NCBI GenBank assembly: GCA_038883775.1
Contig: JAVZLM010000002.1
Span: 32,001 to 96,000 of the forward strand
Source of the DNA: Candidatus Bathyarchaeia archaeon
GTDB lineage: Archaea > Thermoproteota > Bathyarchaeia > Bathyarchaeales > Bathycorpusculaceae
Length of the DNA stretch: 64,000 bases
Direction: 5' to 3'
The notes beneath the pieces were generated by a model. The model searched no databases, had not been told where the DNA came from, and saw only the letters and a program-made list of their open reading frames with translations. Positions 39,346 through 48,618 of this stretch are shown in pieces; within the stretch, counting starts at the first letter, position 1; every line of letters starts with the position of its first letter. A program made the position numbers and the translations under genes.

Positions 39346-40011
39346 ATGGTCAATGCTATAATTTTCGGCGCACCAGGTTCAGGTAAAGGTACTTATGCTT
39401 CACGGTTGCAATCTAAGCTCGATGTTGAAGTGATTGCTATGGGCGACATTTTCCGAGAAATAATAAAAGAGGACACGCCTTTAGGGAAGAAGGTTAAGAG
39501 TTTTGTGGAGAAGGGTCTGCTCGTTCCAGACAATGTTGTAGTGGAGGTTTTAAAGCAACGCTTAGCAAAAATTCCACCAGGAAAAGGCTTCATTTTGGAT
39601 GGTTACCCCCGCAATCTGGACCAAGCAAAATTCCTTGAAACCCTTGCAAAAATAGACGTAATCATCCAATTGACTGTGCCAGAATGGATAATAATTGAAC
39701 GCTTATCCACAAGAAGAATTTGCAAGAACTGCGGCGAAGTCTACAATATACGCTATTTAAAACCCAAAGTAGACATGATATGCGACAAATGCGGAGGAAA
39801 CCTTTACCAACGCCCAGACGACACACCAGAAGTCATAAAGAAAAGAATCCAAGTTTATGAAGAGCAAACGCAACCCATCCTACAATATTATAGGGAAAGG
39901 GGAACTCCATTCGTAGAGTTTAAATGCGAAAGTGTAGATATATCGCCAGAAGTGGCTGTGGAAGAAATTCTTAATGGTTTGAGAAATTTAAAATTAGTCC
40001 AAAATAGTTAG
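39346..40011 (+). CDS. adk: Adenylate kinase with zinc LID
   Basis: GAPGSGKGT, LDGYPR, C..CG...C..CG LID, QRPDD. Confidence 0.95.
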   Translation: MVNAIIFGAPGSGKGTYASRLQSKLDVEVIAMGDIFREIIKEDTPLGKKVKSFVEKGLLVPDNVVVEVLKQRLAKIPPGKGFILDGYPRNLDQAKFLETLAKIDVIIQLTVPEWIIIERLSTRRICKNCGEVYNIRYLKPKVDMICDKCGGNLYQRPDDTPEVIKKRIQVYEEQTQPILQYYRERGTPFVEFKCESVDISPEVAVEEILNGLRNLKLVQNS

Positions 40012-40014
40012 CGT

Positions 40015-40452
40015 TTATATGTCAAGGATGAACTTTAATGTGACTTTTTCTGGCTCTTTAATTATTTCCATGCGGTGGTATGTGACAGCTTTGACACCGA
40101 CTTTTTGTGGATGCCTTTTTGGATTAAATTTTTCTCCCCAAATTTCAGCCTCAAGTCTAAAACCATAAGAATTGTGGTCTAATTTTGAAACTTTAAATTT
40201 TGAATATAGCATTTCTTCAATTTCGAATTTTACAAGCAAGGCCTCAAGCCAATTGTAAAGAAGCGCATGCTCATCCTTCGCCTCAACTTCGATTTCATCT
40301 TTAATTTTGGGGTTAACCTTCTCCACTTCAGTCATAACATCAAACATTGCAAGGGCAGCATTCTCAAAGGCTTCTGCTAAATTCTTTCCATAAGCGGCAA
40401 TGTAAGCATCCGCCATATGCTCTAAAAACTCGTAGCCTTTCTTATCTGTCAT
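40015..40452 (-). CDS. Archease (RtcB ligase cofactor)
   Basis: YEFLEHMAD, AFENAALAMF, VKAVTYH, C-terminal LDI. Confidence 0.95.
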   Translation of the reverse strand: MTDKKGYEFLEHMADAYIAAYGKNLAEAFENAALAMFDVMTEVEKVNPKIKDEIEVEAKDEHALLYNWLEALLVKFEIEEMLYSKFKVSKLDHNSYGFRLEAEIWGEKFNPKRHPQKVGVKAVTYHRMEIIKEPEKVTLKFILDI

Positions 40453-40541
40453 AGGTTCAAGCCTTGTAAATCTTAGACGTTTTGTTTTAAAACGGTTTTG
40501 TTTACATAAATTGTTAAAGTCGAAAATTTTAGTGAAGGAAA

Positions 40542-40991
40542 TTAATGTTCACTAAGCTCTAATAAGATTTCAATGGCGCCCTTCACAAAGTTTAGACATT
40601 TTTCTTCAAAAACCTTTGCTTTATTGGCTTTCTCCAATTCTTTAGGATTAGAAAGGTCATATCCAATTAGTTTTCGGCAGAAAATGCTTCCATGTTGACT
40701 CTCAAATTGTTTGTAAAATTTTTGCGCCTTTTCGTATGCTTTTAATCGTTTTTCTAGGGAAGGCTCATTGGTTCCATACTTAATTCCTAAAGCCATAACG
40801 CCACCAGTTAGGGCTCCACAAATGGAACTACATCTTCCAATTCCTCCACCAAAGGCGGTTGCTATTTTTGGAATTAGCTCGTTTTCTCCATTCCAATACT
40901 CAAACATGGTTGATAAGACGCTTTGGGCGCAGTTATAGCCATCAAGAAACCGTTTCACTGCCTTTTCACAAAGCAAATTTTTCTGAGACAT
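40542..40991 (-). CDS. C-GCAxxG-C-C family protein
   Basis: NCAQSV, FGGG, CGALTG, GSIFC, KC. Confidence 0.88.
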   Translation of the reverse strand: MSQKNLLCEKAVKRFLDGYNCAQSVLSTMFEYWNGENELIPKIATAFGGGIGRCSSICGALTGGVMALGIKYGTNEPSLEKRLKAYEKAQKFYKQFESQHGSIFCRKLIGYDLSNPKELEKANKAKVFEEKCLNFVKGAIEILLELSEH

Positions 40992-41038
40992 AGTTTTTCA
41001 TACCCGCTTAATTTTAAAAAATGGGAAGTTTGAAGATG

Positions 41039-42082
41039 TCAGAAGTATTTTGGAATTTTTTGAAGACCTGCAACAGTCAGCTTCACGGCGTATTCTGTAT
41101 CCTTCAAACTGAGTAAGGATGTTGGACTGTGAATGTAACGTGTTGGCACACATATAACGCCGCTTGGAACGCCTTCCCTTGTCAATGATATGCGCGCTGC
41201 ATCTGTTGAGCCTGCCAAACCGGCTTCCAGCTGGTATGGAATCTTGTTTTCTTCGGCTGCCTCTACCAACAAGCGTAAAACTTTCGGATGTGTAATCAAG
41301 CCCATATCCATAATTCCTATCGTGGGCCCCTTCCTAAGTTTTATTGGAGTTTCAACCTCCTTTACTCCAGGCATGTCGCCAGCAACGGTCACGTCGAGGG
41401 CTATGCCAACGTCTGGATATATTCCGAAGGCGGCTGTTGTGGCACCTCTTAGGCCAACTTCTTCCTGCACTGTCCCTACGGCATATATTGTACATTCGGT
41501 TTTCTTCAATTGTTTCATTGTTTCAATCATTACAGTGCATCCGACCCGATCATCAAAGGCTTTGCCGATAACAATGTCCTTTCCAACTTTGGCGAATTTT
41601 ATGTCGAAGCCCACTGAGTCTCCAATTTTTACTCCCATTTTTTTGGCTTGTTCTTCATTTTCAGCTCCAATGTCTATAAAAAGTTCATCGTAGGTGAGGA
41701 CTTTTTTGCGTTCTTCTTCTTTTTGGATGTGGGGCGGCTTGGAACCTATTATTCCATGTAATGGTCCTTTTTCCGTGTAGACTATTACTTTTTGGGCTAA
41801 AAGTATTCGGTCGTCTATTCCGCCTATCTTTGTGAATTGCAAGTAGCCATCTTTGGAAATTGTTTTCACTAGCAAGCCTATTTCGTCCATGTGGGCTGCA
41901 AGCATAACCTTTGGTGCATTTTTCTCACCCTTTTTCACTCCAATAACGTTTCCAAGTTTATCCTCTCTGACCTCATCCACGTAGGGTTTTAGGAAAGTTT
42001 TCATCAAACTTCTAACTTCATCTTCTCTGCCAGCAACACCACAAGCGTTGGACAATTTTTCTAAGGTTTCGACAAGCACCAT
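41039..42082 (-). CDS. M42 family aminopeptidase (TET-like)
   Basis: AAHMDEIG, KAFDDRVG, QEEVGLRGA, TDA, RYIHSP. Confidence 0.94.
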   Translation of the reverse strand: MVLVETLEKLSNACGVAGREDEVRSLMKTFLKPYVDEVREDKLGNVIGVKKGEKNAPKVMLAAHMDEIGLLVKTISKDGYLQFTKIGGIDDRILLAQKVIVYTEKGPLHGIIGSKPPHIQKEEERKKVLTYDELFIDIGAENEEQAKKMGVKIGDSVGFDIKFAKVGKDIVIGKAFDDRVGCTVMIETMKQLKKTECTIYAVGTVQEEVGLRGATTAAFGIYPDVGIALDVTVAGDMPGVKEVETPIKLRKGPTIGIMDMGLITHPKVLRLLVEAAEENKIPYQLEAGLAGSTDAARISLTREGVPSGVICVPTRYIHSPTSLLSLKDTEYAVKLTVAGLQKIPKYF

Positions 42083-42207
42083 TTAATTCACCTTTAGAGT
42101 TTAGTTGGAATTCTAAAACTTTATATTAAACAATTGTGGTATAAAAGAACCAGATTTAAACATGGACAAAGGGTTTCACCCCGTTTTCAAAGGTGAAGAG
42201 ATAACAG

Positions 42208-42807
42208 TTGAGTAAAATTTTGAAAAGGCTCTCCGAGAAGGTTAGGGTCTACCTCCATATTACGAAGGCAAGCGGCATAGCCAGAAGATACTTTGTAATG
42301 AACGGTTTTGACGGAGCCATGACAGCCTTCGGAATAGTTTTGGGCTCATGGATAGCCAACGTTTCAAAACCAGAAATCATCTTGCTTGCTGGTTTAGGAG
42401 CAAGCTTTGCCATGGGATTTTCAGGCTTTTTCGGAGCTTTTATGGCTGAGAATGCCGAAAGAAAACGCCACCTGCGAGAGATGGAAGACGCAACAAAAAA
42501 CAAGGTTGACCCAATACATTATGAAGCTGCACGTTTCGTCACGTTCTACGTAGCCCTAATTGATGGATTATCACCAGCATTAACAGCAGTTATCTCGCTT
42601 ACGCCCTTCATTCTTGCTATAGCTGGATTAATTTCGATATCAAATGCTTACATAATTTCATTAGCATTATCATTAATCACACTTTTCTTGCTGGGCATAT
42701 ACCTTGGAAAAGTGGCAAAAGAAAACGGCTGGTTTTATGGCGTAGCAATGCTGACAGTAGGCGCCTTCACAGCACTAATAATCTTTCTTATTCAACTCTT
42801 CGCATAA
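42208..42807 (+). CDS. VIT1/CCC1-like membrane protein
   Basis: RRYFVMNGFDG, GAFMAENAER, DGLSP. Confidence 0.8.
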   Translation: MSKILKRLSEKVRVYLHITKASGIARRYFVMNGFDGAMTAFGIVLGSWIANVSKPEIILLAGLGASFAMGFSGFFGAFMAENAERKRHLREMEDATKNKVDPIHYEAARFVTFYVALIDGLSPALTAVISLTPFILAIAGLISISNAYIISLALSLITLFLLGIYLGKVAKENGWFYGVAMLTVGAFTALIIFLIQLFA

Positions 42808-42867
42808 TTTTAAAACTTATAACCAAAAGCAAAGTTTACTCTTTTCCAATTTGCTGAGAGTGATTAT

Positions 42868-43578
42868 GTGCGAAAGAGTTTACAGTTAAGCCTTGCTTCC
42901 CTATTTGCGGCTTTGCATGCGGTTCTCTACTTTATATCTTTTGGGCTTTGGCGAAACTGGGGAATCTACTTAGAATCCATAGAAGGAATAATTTTAGGTC
43001 CAAAAGTGGGATTCATAGCCGCATTGATTGGCTCTTCAATTGCACGGATTATTAAGCCAATTGATTTTTGGATGTTTGGAATAATAGCTGAACCACTAAG
43101 CGTCTTCGTTGCTGGTTTACTAGCAAAAACGAAATGGAAGCCAGTTATAGGGTTATACGTAATAACCTTGTCAGCCTATTTCCTACATCCTTATGGAAAC
43201 CCTTTTGGGCAAAGTCTTCCACTATGGACAATTCTTGATGTGATTTTTGCGTTTTTACTTATTTATCCAGCAGCCAAGTTTGGTGGAAACTTGTTTGATA
43301 TGAATTTTAAGCGTCTACCTATTAAGTTAGTCTTGATTTCTTTTGTTTGCATAGCCACAGACTCGCTTGTTAGGGTTTTCTTACTTATTCCATGTGGTTT
43401 GCATGGCTTATTCTTTCAAGATTTTGGGACACTTTACACGGTATTTGTGGAAGCTGCTGTTTACTCTTACATTGAAGATTTGATTGTGGTTTTAGTTTCG
43501 TTTGTTGTGGGCGTGCCCTTACTGGTAAGCGTGTTAAAGTTTAATTTGTTAGAAGTAGAAACCGAAAAGAAAAATTGA
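42868..43578 (+). CDS. Membrane protein, possibly ECF S-component-like
   Basis: FAALHAVL, GIILGP..G..AALIG; about 7 TM. Confidence 0.5.
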   Translation: MRKSLQLSLASLFAALHAVLYFISFGLWRNWGIYLESIEGIILGPKVGFIAALIGSSIARIIKPIDFWMFGIIAEPLSVFVAGLLAKTKWKPVIGLYVITLSAYFLHPYGNPFGQSLPLWTILDVIFAFLLIYPAAKFGGNLFDMNFKRLPIKLVLISFVCIATDSLVRVFLLIPCGLHGLFFQDFGTLYTVFVEAAVYSYIEDLIVVLVSFVVGVPLLVSVLKFNLLEVETEKKN

Positions 43579-43581
43579 AGC

Positions 43582-43803
43582 TTATGATTGTGTTGGTGAA
43601 GGCGTTGGTTGTTGTTTTCGAAGTTCTAGGTATTCTGTCAGCAGCAGAACCCCTTCGATTATTAAGAAAATGCCTACTATGATTCCAATAAGGGCTGGTA
43701 TAGCTATTACGAGAATGCCAAAGATTATGCAGAGAATAGCCAGAACAGGCTTCGAAACTGTTATGCCAATTTTCTTTAATCCTTTTTCAACAACCTCTGT
43801 CAT
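43582..43803 (-). CDS. Small membrane protein (DUF3096-like)
   Basis: ILCIIFGILVIAIP.L...IVGIFLII.G. Confidence 0.65.
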   Translation of the reverse strand: MTEVVEKGLKKIGITVSKPVLAILCIIFGILVIAIPALIGIIVGIFLIIEGVLLLTEYLELRKQQPTPSPTQS

Positions 43804-43923
43804 TTTATGTCCATCCTCTTACACATAGGTTTAGCCGTTAATATTTAAGGCATTCGCAACCCATGCCCCGTACAATGGCAATTTTTAAACGTTAAAGTAA
43901 CAATAATAATAAGCTAAAGAGGT

Positions 43924-44895
43924 TTGATCTTGCCAGAACAGAAACTTAAGAAGGTGTTTATTTTTTTGGACACTGACAAACATGCAAGTCCCTTTGACGT
44001 ATTGACAACCATAGACGTTTTCCCAGACGCTCAAATATTGAAATATGAAGACGTAACGGTTGAAGATGCTGAAAAAATAGTTTATGACGCCATGTTTCCA
44101 AGAGGCCCCGAGGGCGCAAAACACACAAAAATTTTCATTAACGGACGTGACTTTAAACGGGTGAACGAAATTTTGGAAAAAGCCAAAAAATGTATGTTTC
44201 CACCCTTTGAACTTTCAATAATAGTTGACCCAAGAGGAGCCTACACCACAGCTAGCGCTGCGGTTGCAAAAACCATGGAGCTTTCCATGGAAAAGGGCTT
44301 TGGCGGATTAGAAAATAAAACTGTTACAGTATTAGCTGGAACTGGACCTGTAGGGCAAACTGCTGCGAGACTTTACGCTTCTGAAAAAGCTAAGGTGGTT
44401 ATTACTTCACGCGACCTTCAAAGGGCATCCGCCTTAGCAACAAAGATAAACGAAGAGTTTGGAGAGGAGAAAGTTCTTGGCGTCAAAGCGCAAACTCCTA
44501 ACGAAATTGGAAAAGTCATCCAAAATGCAGAAATAATTCTCTCTGCAGGAGCTGCTGGAACTCAACTTCTTCCATTTAATGTGCTTAAAGAATATGGAAA
44601 AAATTGTAAAATTGTGGCAGACATTAATGCCATACCACCCTTAGGAGTCGAAGGATTAAAATCGAAAGCTGAAGGCGAAGAGATCCTGCCAAACATTTTC
44701 GGAATAGGTGCATTAGCCATAGGGAAACTAAAAAACAAGATTGAAATCGAACTAATTAAAAGGGCTGCAGAAGAACCAAAAGGAATATTTGATTATAAAA
44801 CAGCCTATGAAATAGCCAAAAAAATAATATCTAAAAAAATGGATGAGGAAAAGACGCCTAAAAAAGAAACAGAAAAACAGTGGTTACCTTCATAA
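43924..44895 (+). CDS. NAD(P)-dependent methylene-H4MPT dehydrogenase (MtdA/MtdB family)
   Basis: HASPFD, FPRGP, DPRGAYTTASAAV, LAGTGPVG, GAAG, DINAIPPLG, GALAIG.LK. Confidence 0.88.
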   Translation: MILPEQKLKKVFIFLDTDKHASPFDVLTTIDVFPDAQILKYEDVTVEDAEKIVYDAMFPRGPEGAKHTKIFINGRDFKRVNEILEKAKKCMFPPFELSIIVDPRGAYTTASAAVAKTMELSMEKGFGGLENKTVTVLAGTGPVGQTAARLYASEKAKVVITSRDLQRASALATKINEEFGEEKVLGVKAQTPNEIGKVIQNAEIILSAGAAGTQLLPFNVLKEYGKNCKIVADINAIPPLGVEGLKSKAEGEEILPNIFGIGALAIGKLKNKIEIELIKRAAEEPKGIFDYKTAYEIAKKIISKKMDEEKTPKKETEKQWLPS

Positions 44896-44904
44896 AAATG
44901 ATTA

Positions 44905-45054
44905 CTAACTCATGTAAAACATCCTAACAATGTTTCGGATGGCTTTCCTTTGAGAAAATGTTCTTCATCTCCCTTTTTAAGCCATTAAGTTGCACCCAAT
45001 GCTTTGGAAGGATACTACAAGGGATCTGCCTAAAGGCATGATTTTGCGTTCCAT
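44905..45054 (-). pseudogene. Degraded remnant of an AbrB-PhoU phosphate uptake regulator
   Basis: MERKIMPLGRSLVVS-(frameshift)-PKHWVQLNGLK-(frameshift)-GDE followed by QRKAIRNIVRMFYM. Confidence 0.6.
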
Positions 45055-45113
45055 ATTTTATTCGCGTAAAATAACTTATACATATACTAGGAAATATATA
45101 TTAAGTTTAGAAG

Positions 45114-45650
45114 TCAAAAGTTATTCTTTATAAGGGAGGAAAACGTCTTTTTCAAGGTTTTATATATTGAGTAGCTGCCAAAGATGGTTGTGGCGCCTTG
45201 CAGTATGTTAAAAACCCATGTTAGTGGAATGATCTCCAAAGGGAACATTAACATGTTGAAAGGCGTCATAATTGCTACTCGCATCAAAACTCCCATCACA
45301 AAAGTGAACGCAAGCCTAAATTTTTTGCTTATCTTTAAGCCCATAGCCATCCCAAGAATGGTTGCTAGTTCTGCAAGGGCTTTCATTAAAGAGCTAATAA
45401 AGTTTCCACTCCGCGCCATTATTGCCACAAAAGCGATAAAGGATGTAAAAACTCCTGGTATCAAACCAAAAAGTAACATGGATAAAGCAACGGGTATTCC
45501 TGTAAAGTCAAATTTCAATGTTGTTAGCAATGGGAAAGGGATTTTCAAATTTGAATACTTTACTGCATAATCAAAAACGACGACCAATGCCGCTAAAAGT
45601 GCCGTGCCTGATAATGTTGTAGAATTTACTTTTATATGCATCATATTCAC
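45114..45650 (-). CDS. ECF transporter S component
   Basis: ALLAAL, KIPFP..LKFDFTGIP, FNILQG. Confidence 0.8.
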   Translation of the reverse strand: MNMMHIKVNSTTLSGTALLAALVVVFDYAVKYSNLKIPFPLLTTLKFDFTGIPVALSMLLFGLIPGVFTSFIAFVAIMARSGNFISSLMKALAELATILGMAMGLKISKKFRLAFTFVMGVLMRVAIMTPFNMLMFPLEIIPLTWVFNILQGATTIFGSYSIYKTLKKTFSSLIKNNF

Positions 45651-45656
45651 CGAACG

Positions 45657-46697
45657 TTATTTTTGTCTCTTTTTTAGTGAAAGTTTACGCAAAAGATTTA
45701 TGGCATTTATCTCTTCATCCGCACTTCTAGTTTTTATTGCTCCTTCCTTCTCCGCTGCAGAAAATATTTCACCACCACGTTCTGTTCTTATGATTGTTAA
45801 AGTCCAATTTTCTAATCCCAATCCACCTACGGAAATATCAGCGAGTTCGGAGCTAAAGTCTGGGCAAAAGTGGCAGCTTTGTCTTGCGTACTGTTTTGTT
45901 TCCGCAAGCGGTATGGATACAGTTTCAGATTCCAGGGTAACCAGCATTTTCCCTTTAATATTAATTTTCTTGACATCATTTGGATTTATGCCTAATTTTT
46001 TGTGGATATGGTTTTCCATAAGTCCTTCGTATGAGAAACATTCGGAACATGCCAGTCCAATTAAAAATTTTATGGGTGCAACATATTTTTTCAGTCCAGC
46101 CATTTGCATTTTTCTGATGGCGCGAATTTGGCATGGCGTCCCAACGAAGGCTATGTTGTTTTTCTTTTGTTTTATTGCTTCTGTTAGGGCGAGGATGTTA
46201 GGCGAGTAGAAGTATTTTGTTCCAGCGGATTGCAAAATTCGCTCGGCTGTTGTGGCTAGGGTTGGACGTGGATAAAATGGCTTTTCCTTATCTTTCAGTG
46301 TAACTATTGCGCCGTCAACAATCCCATTTTCTAAAGCAAAAAGCAGTAAAGCTGTGACTGCTCCCCCATCTTGACAGACGTTAAGGATTTGGCTGTTTGC
46401 CGCTTGAGTTATGGCGAGTTTACGGTAAATTCCAAATTCCTCTTCAAGTTTTCTTTCTCTTCCAAAAACGAAGCTTTCAACTTTTAGTGAGAGCCATTCA
46501 TATTGTGGGCAAGCTTGGGCGCATATACCGCAAATTTTGCATTCCTTTACTAAGCAAGGTTTTTCATCAACGTATTTTAGACAGCCAAAGGGGCAAACAA
46601 CAACGCATGTGCCGCAACCAAGACATTTCCCTGTGCTAATAACGTTTTTGTCTATGGAATCTTCGAAGCTTATTTTGATGGGACTCATGGTAAGCAC
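45657..46697 (-). CDS. Coenzyme F420 hydrogenase/dehydrogenase beta subunit (FrhB/FpoF-like) with 2x[4Fe-4S]
   Basis: CLGCGTCVVVCP, CKICGICAQACP, QDGGAVTALL, VGTPCQI, GLAC, C.FC.DF..ELADISVG. Confidence 0.92.
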   Translation of the reverse strand: MLTMSPIKISFEDSIDKNVISTGKCLGCGTCVVVCPFGCLKYVDEKPCLVKECKICGICAQACPQYEWLSLKVESFVFGRERKLEEEFGIYRKLAITQAANSQILNVCQDGGAVTALLLFALENGIVDGAIVTLKDKEKPFYPRPTLATTAERILQSAGTKYFYSPNILALTEAIKQKKNNIAFVGTPCQIRAIRKMQMAGLKKYVAPIKFLIGLACSECFSYEGLMENHIHKKLGINPNDVKKINIKGKMLVTLESETVSIPLAETKQYARQSCHFCPDFSSELADISVGGLGLENWTLTIIRTERGGEIFSAAEKEGAIKTRSADEEINAINLLRKLSLKKRQK

Positions 46698-46772
46698 TTA
46701 ATATATTTAAAGGATAAATGATTTAGGTTTAGCTTAGTAAAGCATATCTGTCCCTAAAATGGAGCGTTTTGA

Positions 46773-47531
46773 ATGAACGTTATTCAGATAATTGGAATTG
46801 AAGGCTTACCCATAATAAAGGCTGGCGACAACCTCGCCGAACTCATTTGCAGTGCTGCAGAAAGACAGAAAACTCCCATCCAAAATGGCGATATAATAGT
46901 GGTTACTCATGTTGTTGTCTCTCGTGCTGAAGGCAAAATTGTAAACCTTGATGATGTAATGCCTTCTGCTTTTGCAAAAAGCATTGCTGAACAATATGGG
47001 AAAGACCCAGCTTTGGTTGAAGTTGTTTTAAGAGAGTCAAAAAGCATGGTGCGCATGGACAGAGGAATATTGATAACAGAAAGCAAACATGGATTTGTTT
47101 GTGCCAACTCTGGCGTCGATAAGTCAAACGTTCCAGGAGAAAAAATAGTTGCGCTGCTGCCAGAAAATCCCGACGAATCAGCAGAAAAAATTAGAAAGGA
47201 AATAAAAAGGCTGACGGGTTGTGATGTTGCGGTTATAATTTCTGACACTCATGGACGCCCATTGAGGGAGGGCGAAATAAATGTGGCAATAGGCGTGGCG
47301 GGAATAAAACCAATAAGGGACAGAAGGGGAGAAAAGGACCTTTTCGGATATGTTTTAAGAATTAAAAAAACCGCAATTGCTGATGAGTTAGCTTCTGCCG
47401 CTGAACTTGTAATAGGGCAAGCGAATGAAGGAATTCCCGTTGCTATCATTCGCGGATATAACTACCCAAAATCTGAATCTGCTAGGGCCACAGAACTGAT
47501 AATGTCTAAAGAAAAAGACTTATTCCGTTAA
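46773..47531 (+). CDS. cofE: Coenzyme F420-0:L-glutamate ligase
   Basis: VSRAEG, CANSGVDKSN, LLPENPD.SA, SDTHGRPLREG, DELASAA. Confidence 0.93.
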   Translation: MNVIQIIGIEGLPIIKAGDNLAELICSAAERQKTPIQNGDIIVVTHVVVSRAEGKIVNLDDVMPSAFAKSIAEQYGKDPALVEVVLRESKSMVRMDRGILITESKHGFVCANSGVDKSNVPGEKIVALLPENPDESAEKIRKEIKRLTGCDVAVIISDTHGRPLREGEINVAIGVAGIKPIRDRRGEKDLFGYVLRIKKTAIADELASAAELVIGQANEGIPVAIIRGYNYPKSESARATELIMSKEKDLFR

Positions 47532-47620
47532 AAACACGGCATCGCAAAAAGAAGAGTCAAAGCATTTAAATTTATTCGGTCTTTGTATAATAAAATCCAA
47601 CAGCGGTAGGAAGAGCGAAG

Positions 47621-48550
47621 ATGAGCGGGATATTTACCTATAAAGCGGAAAACGGAAACACATGCGAAATTGTTGACACTTTTGCGGAAATGTTTCCAAT
47701 GTGGGCTGGAAGAGTACTCATAACAGCGGACAACGAAAAATGGGCATTAACAGCAGCTTCTGTCGCCACAGGCTTAGCAACAAGCGTTATTATGTCGCCA
47801 GCTGAAGCCGGCATAGAAGGCACTGTGTCACCTGATAAGACTCCGGACAAGCGTGTTGGTGTTTTAATACAAATTTATAATCGTAATAGGTTTGAGTTGA
47901 AGAATCAGATGATCCTTCGCATAGGACAATGCATCATGACTTGTCCCACAACATCGGCTTTTGACGCCATGCCAAACGCAAAAAGAAGATTGAAAGTTGG
48001 CAGGAGCATAAGATTGTTTGGCGATGGCTTCCAAAAGAAGGGAATTGTTGGAAATAGGAAGGGATGGAAGATTCCAGTCATGGAAGGCAGCTTCTTTGTT
48101 GAAGACTCCTTCGGCGCAGTGGAAGCCATAGCTGGCGGAAACTTCCTAATCTTGGCCAAAGACAAAATTTCTGGACTAATGGCAGCAGAGGAAGCAGTAA
48201 AAGCCATAAAAAGCAAGGCAAGCGAAGTTATATTGCCATTTCCGGGTGGAATCTGCCGTTCAGGTTCAAAGGCTGGCTCATTAAAGTATAAGCTTAAAGC
48301 TTCAACAAATCATCCATTCTGTCCAGAACTGAAAGCGTTAGTGCAAGATTCGCAGGTGCCGGAAAACGTGAACTGCGTTTACGAGATAGTTATTAATGGG
48401 TTGACTGTTGAAGCTGTTAAGAAGGCTATGGGTGAAGGCATAAGGGCTGCTGCGAGCGTTCCTGGCGTTGTTAGGATTTCAGCTGGAAATTATGGTGGAA
48501 AATTGGGTCCTTACAAGGCATTTTTAAAAGAAGTTATTGGAGCAACATAA
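47621..48550 (+). CDS. ftr: Formylmethanofuran:H4MPT formyltransferase
   Basis: DTFAE.F, TPD.R.G, RIGQC..TCPT, FGDGFQ, GGN, FPGGICRSGSK, ISAGNYGGKLG. Confidence 0.95.
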   Translation: MSGIFTYKAENGNTCEIVDTFAEMFPMWAGRVLITADNEKWALTAASVATGLATSVIMSPAEAGIEGTVSPDKTPDKRVGVLIQIYNRNRFELKNQMILRIGQCIMTCPTTSAFDAMPNAKRRLKVGRSIRLFGDGFQKKGIVGNRKGWKIPVMEGSFFVEDSFGAVEAIAGGNFLILAKDKISGLMAAEEAVKAIKSKASEVILPFPGGICRSGSKAGSLKYKLKASTNHPFCPELKALVQDSQVPENVNCVYEIVINGLTVEAVKKAMGEGIRAAASVPGVVRISAGNYGGKLGPYKAFLKEVIGAT

Positions 48551-48618
48551 TTTTAATCCCAAACTCTTATTTAATGCCATGTCAAGTAGCTTTACGGCTA
48601 AAACAACAGTGAAAACAA

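Noticed and set aside
39124-39353. ORFs 39124-39345 (+) and 39153-39353 (-)
   Set aside because: They overlap the intron-containing tRNA-Ser and are spurious
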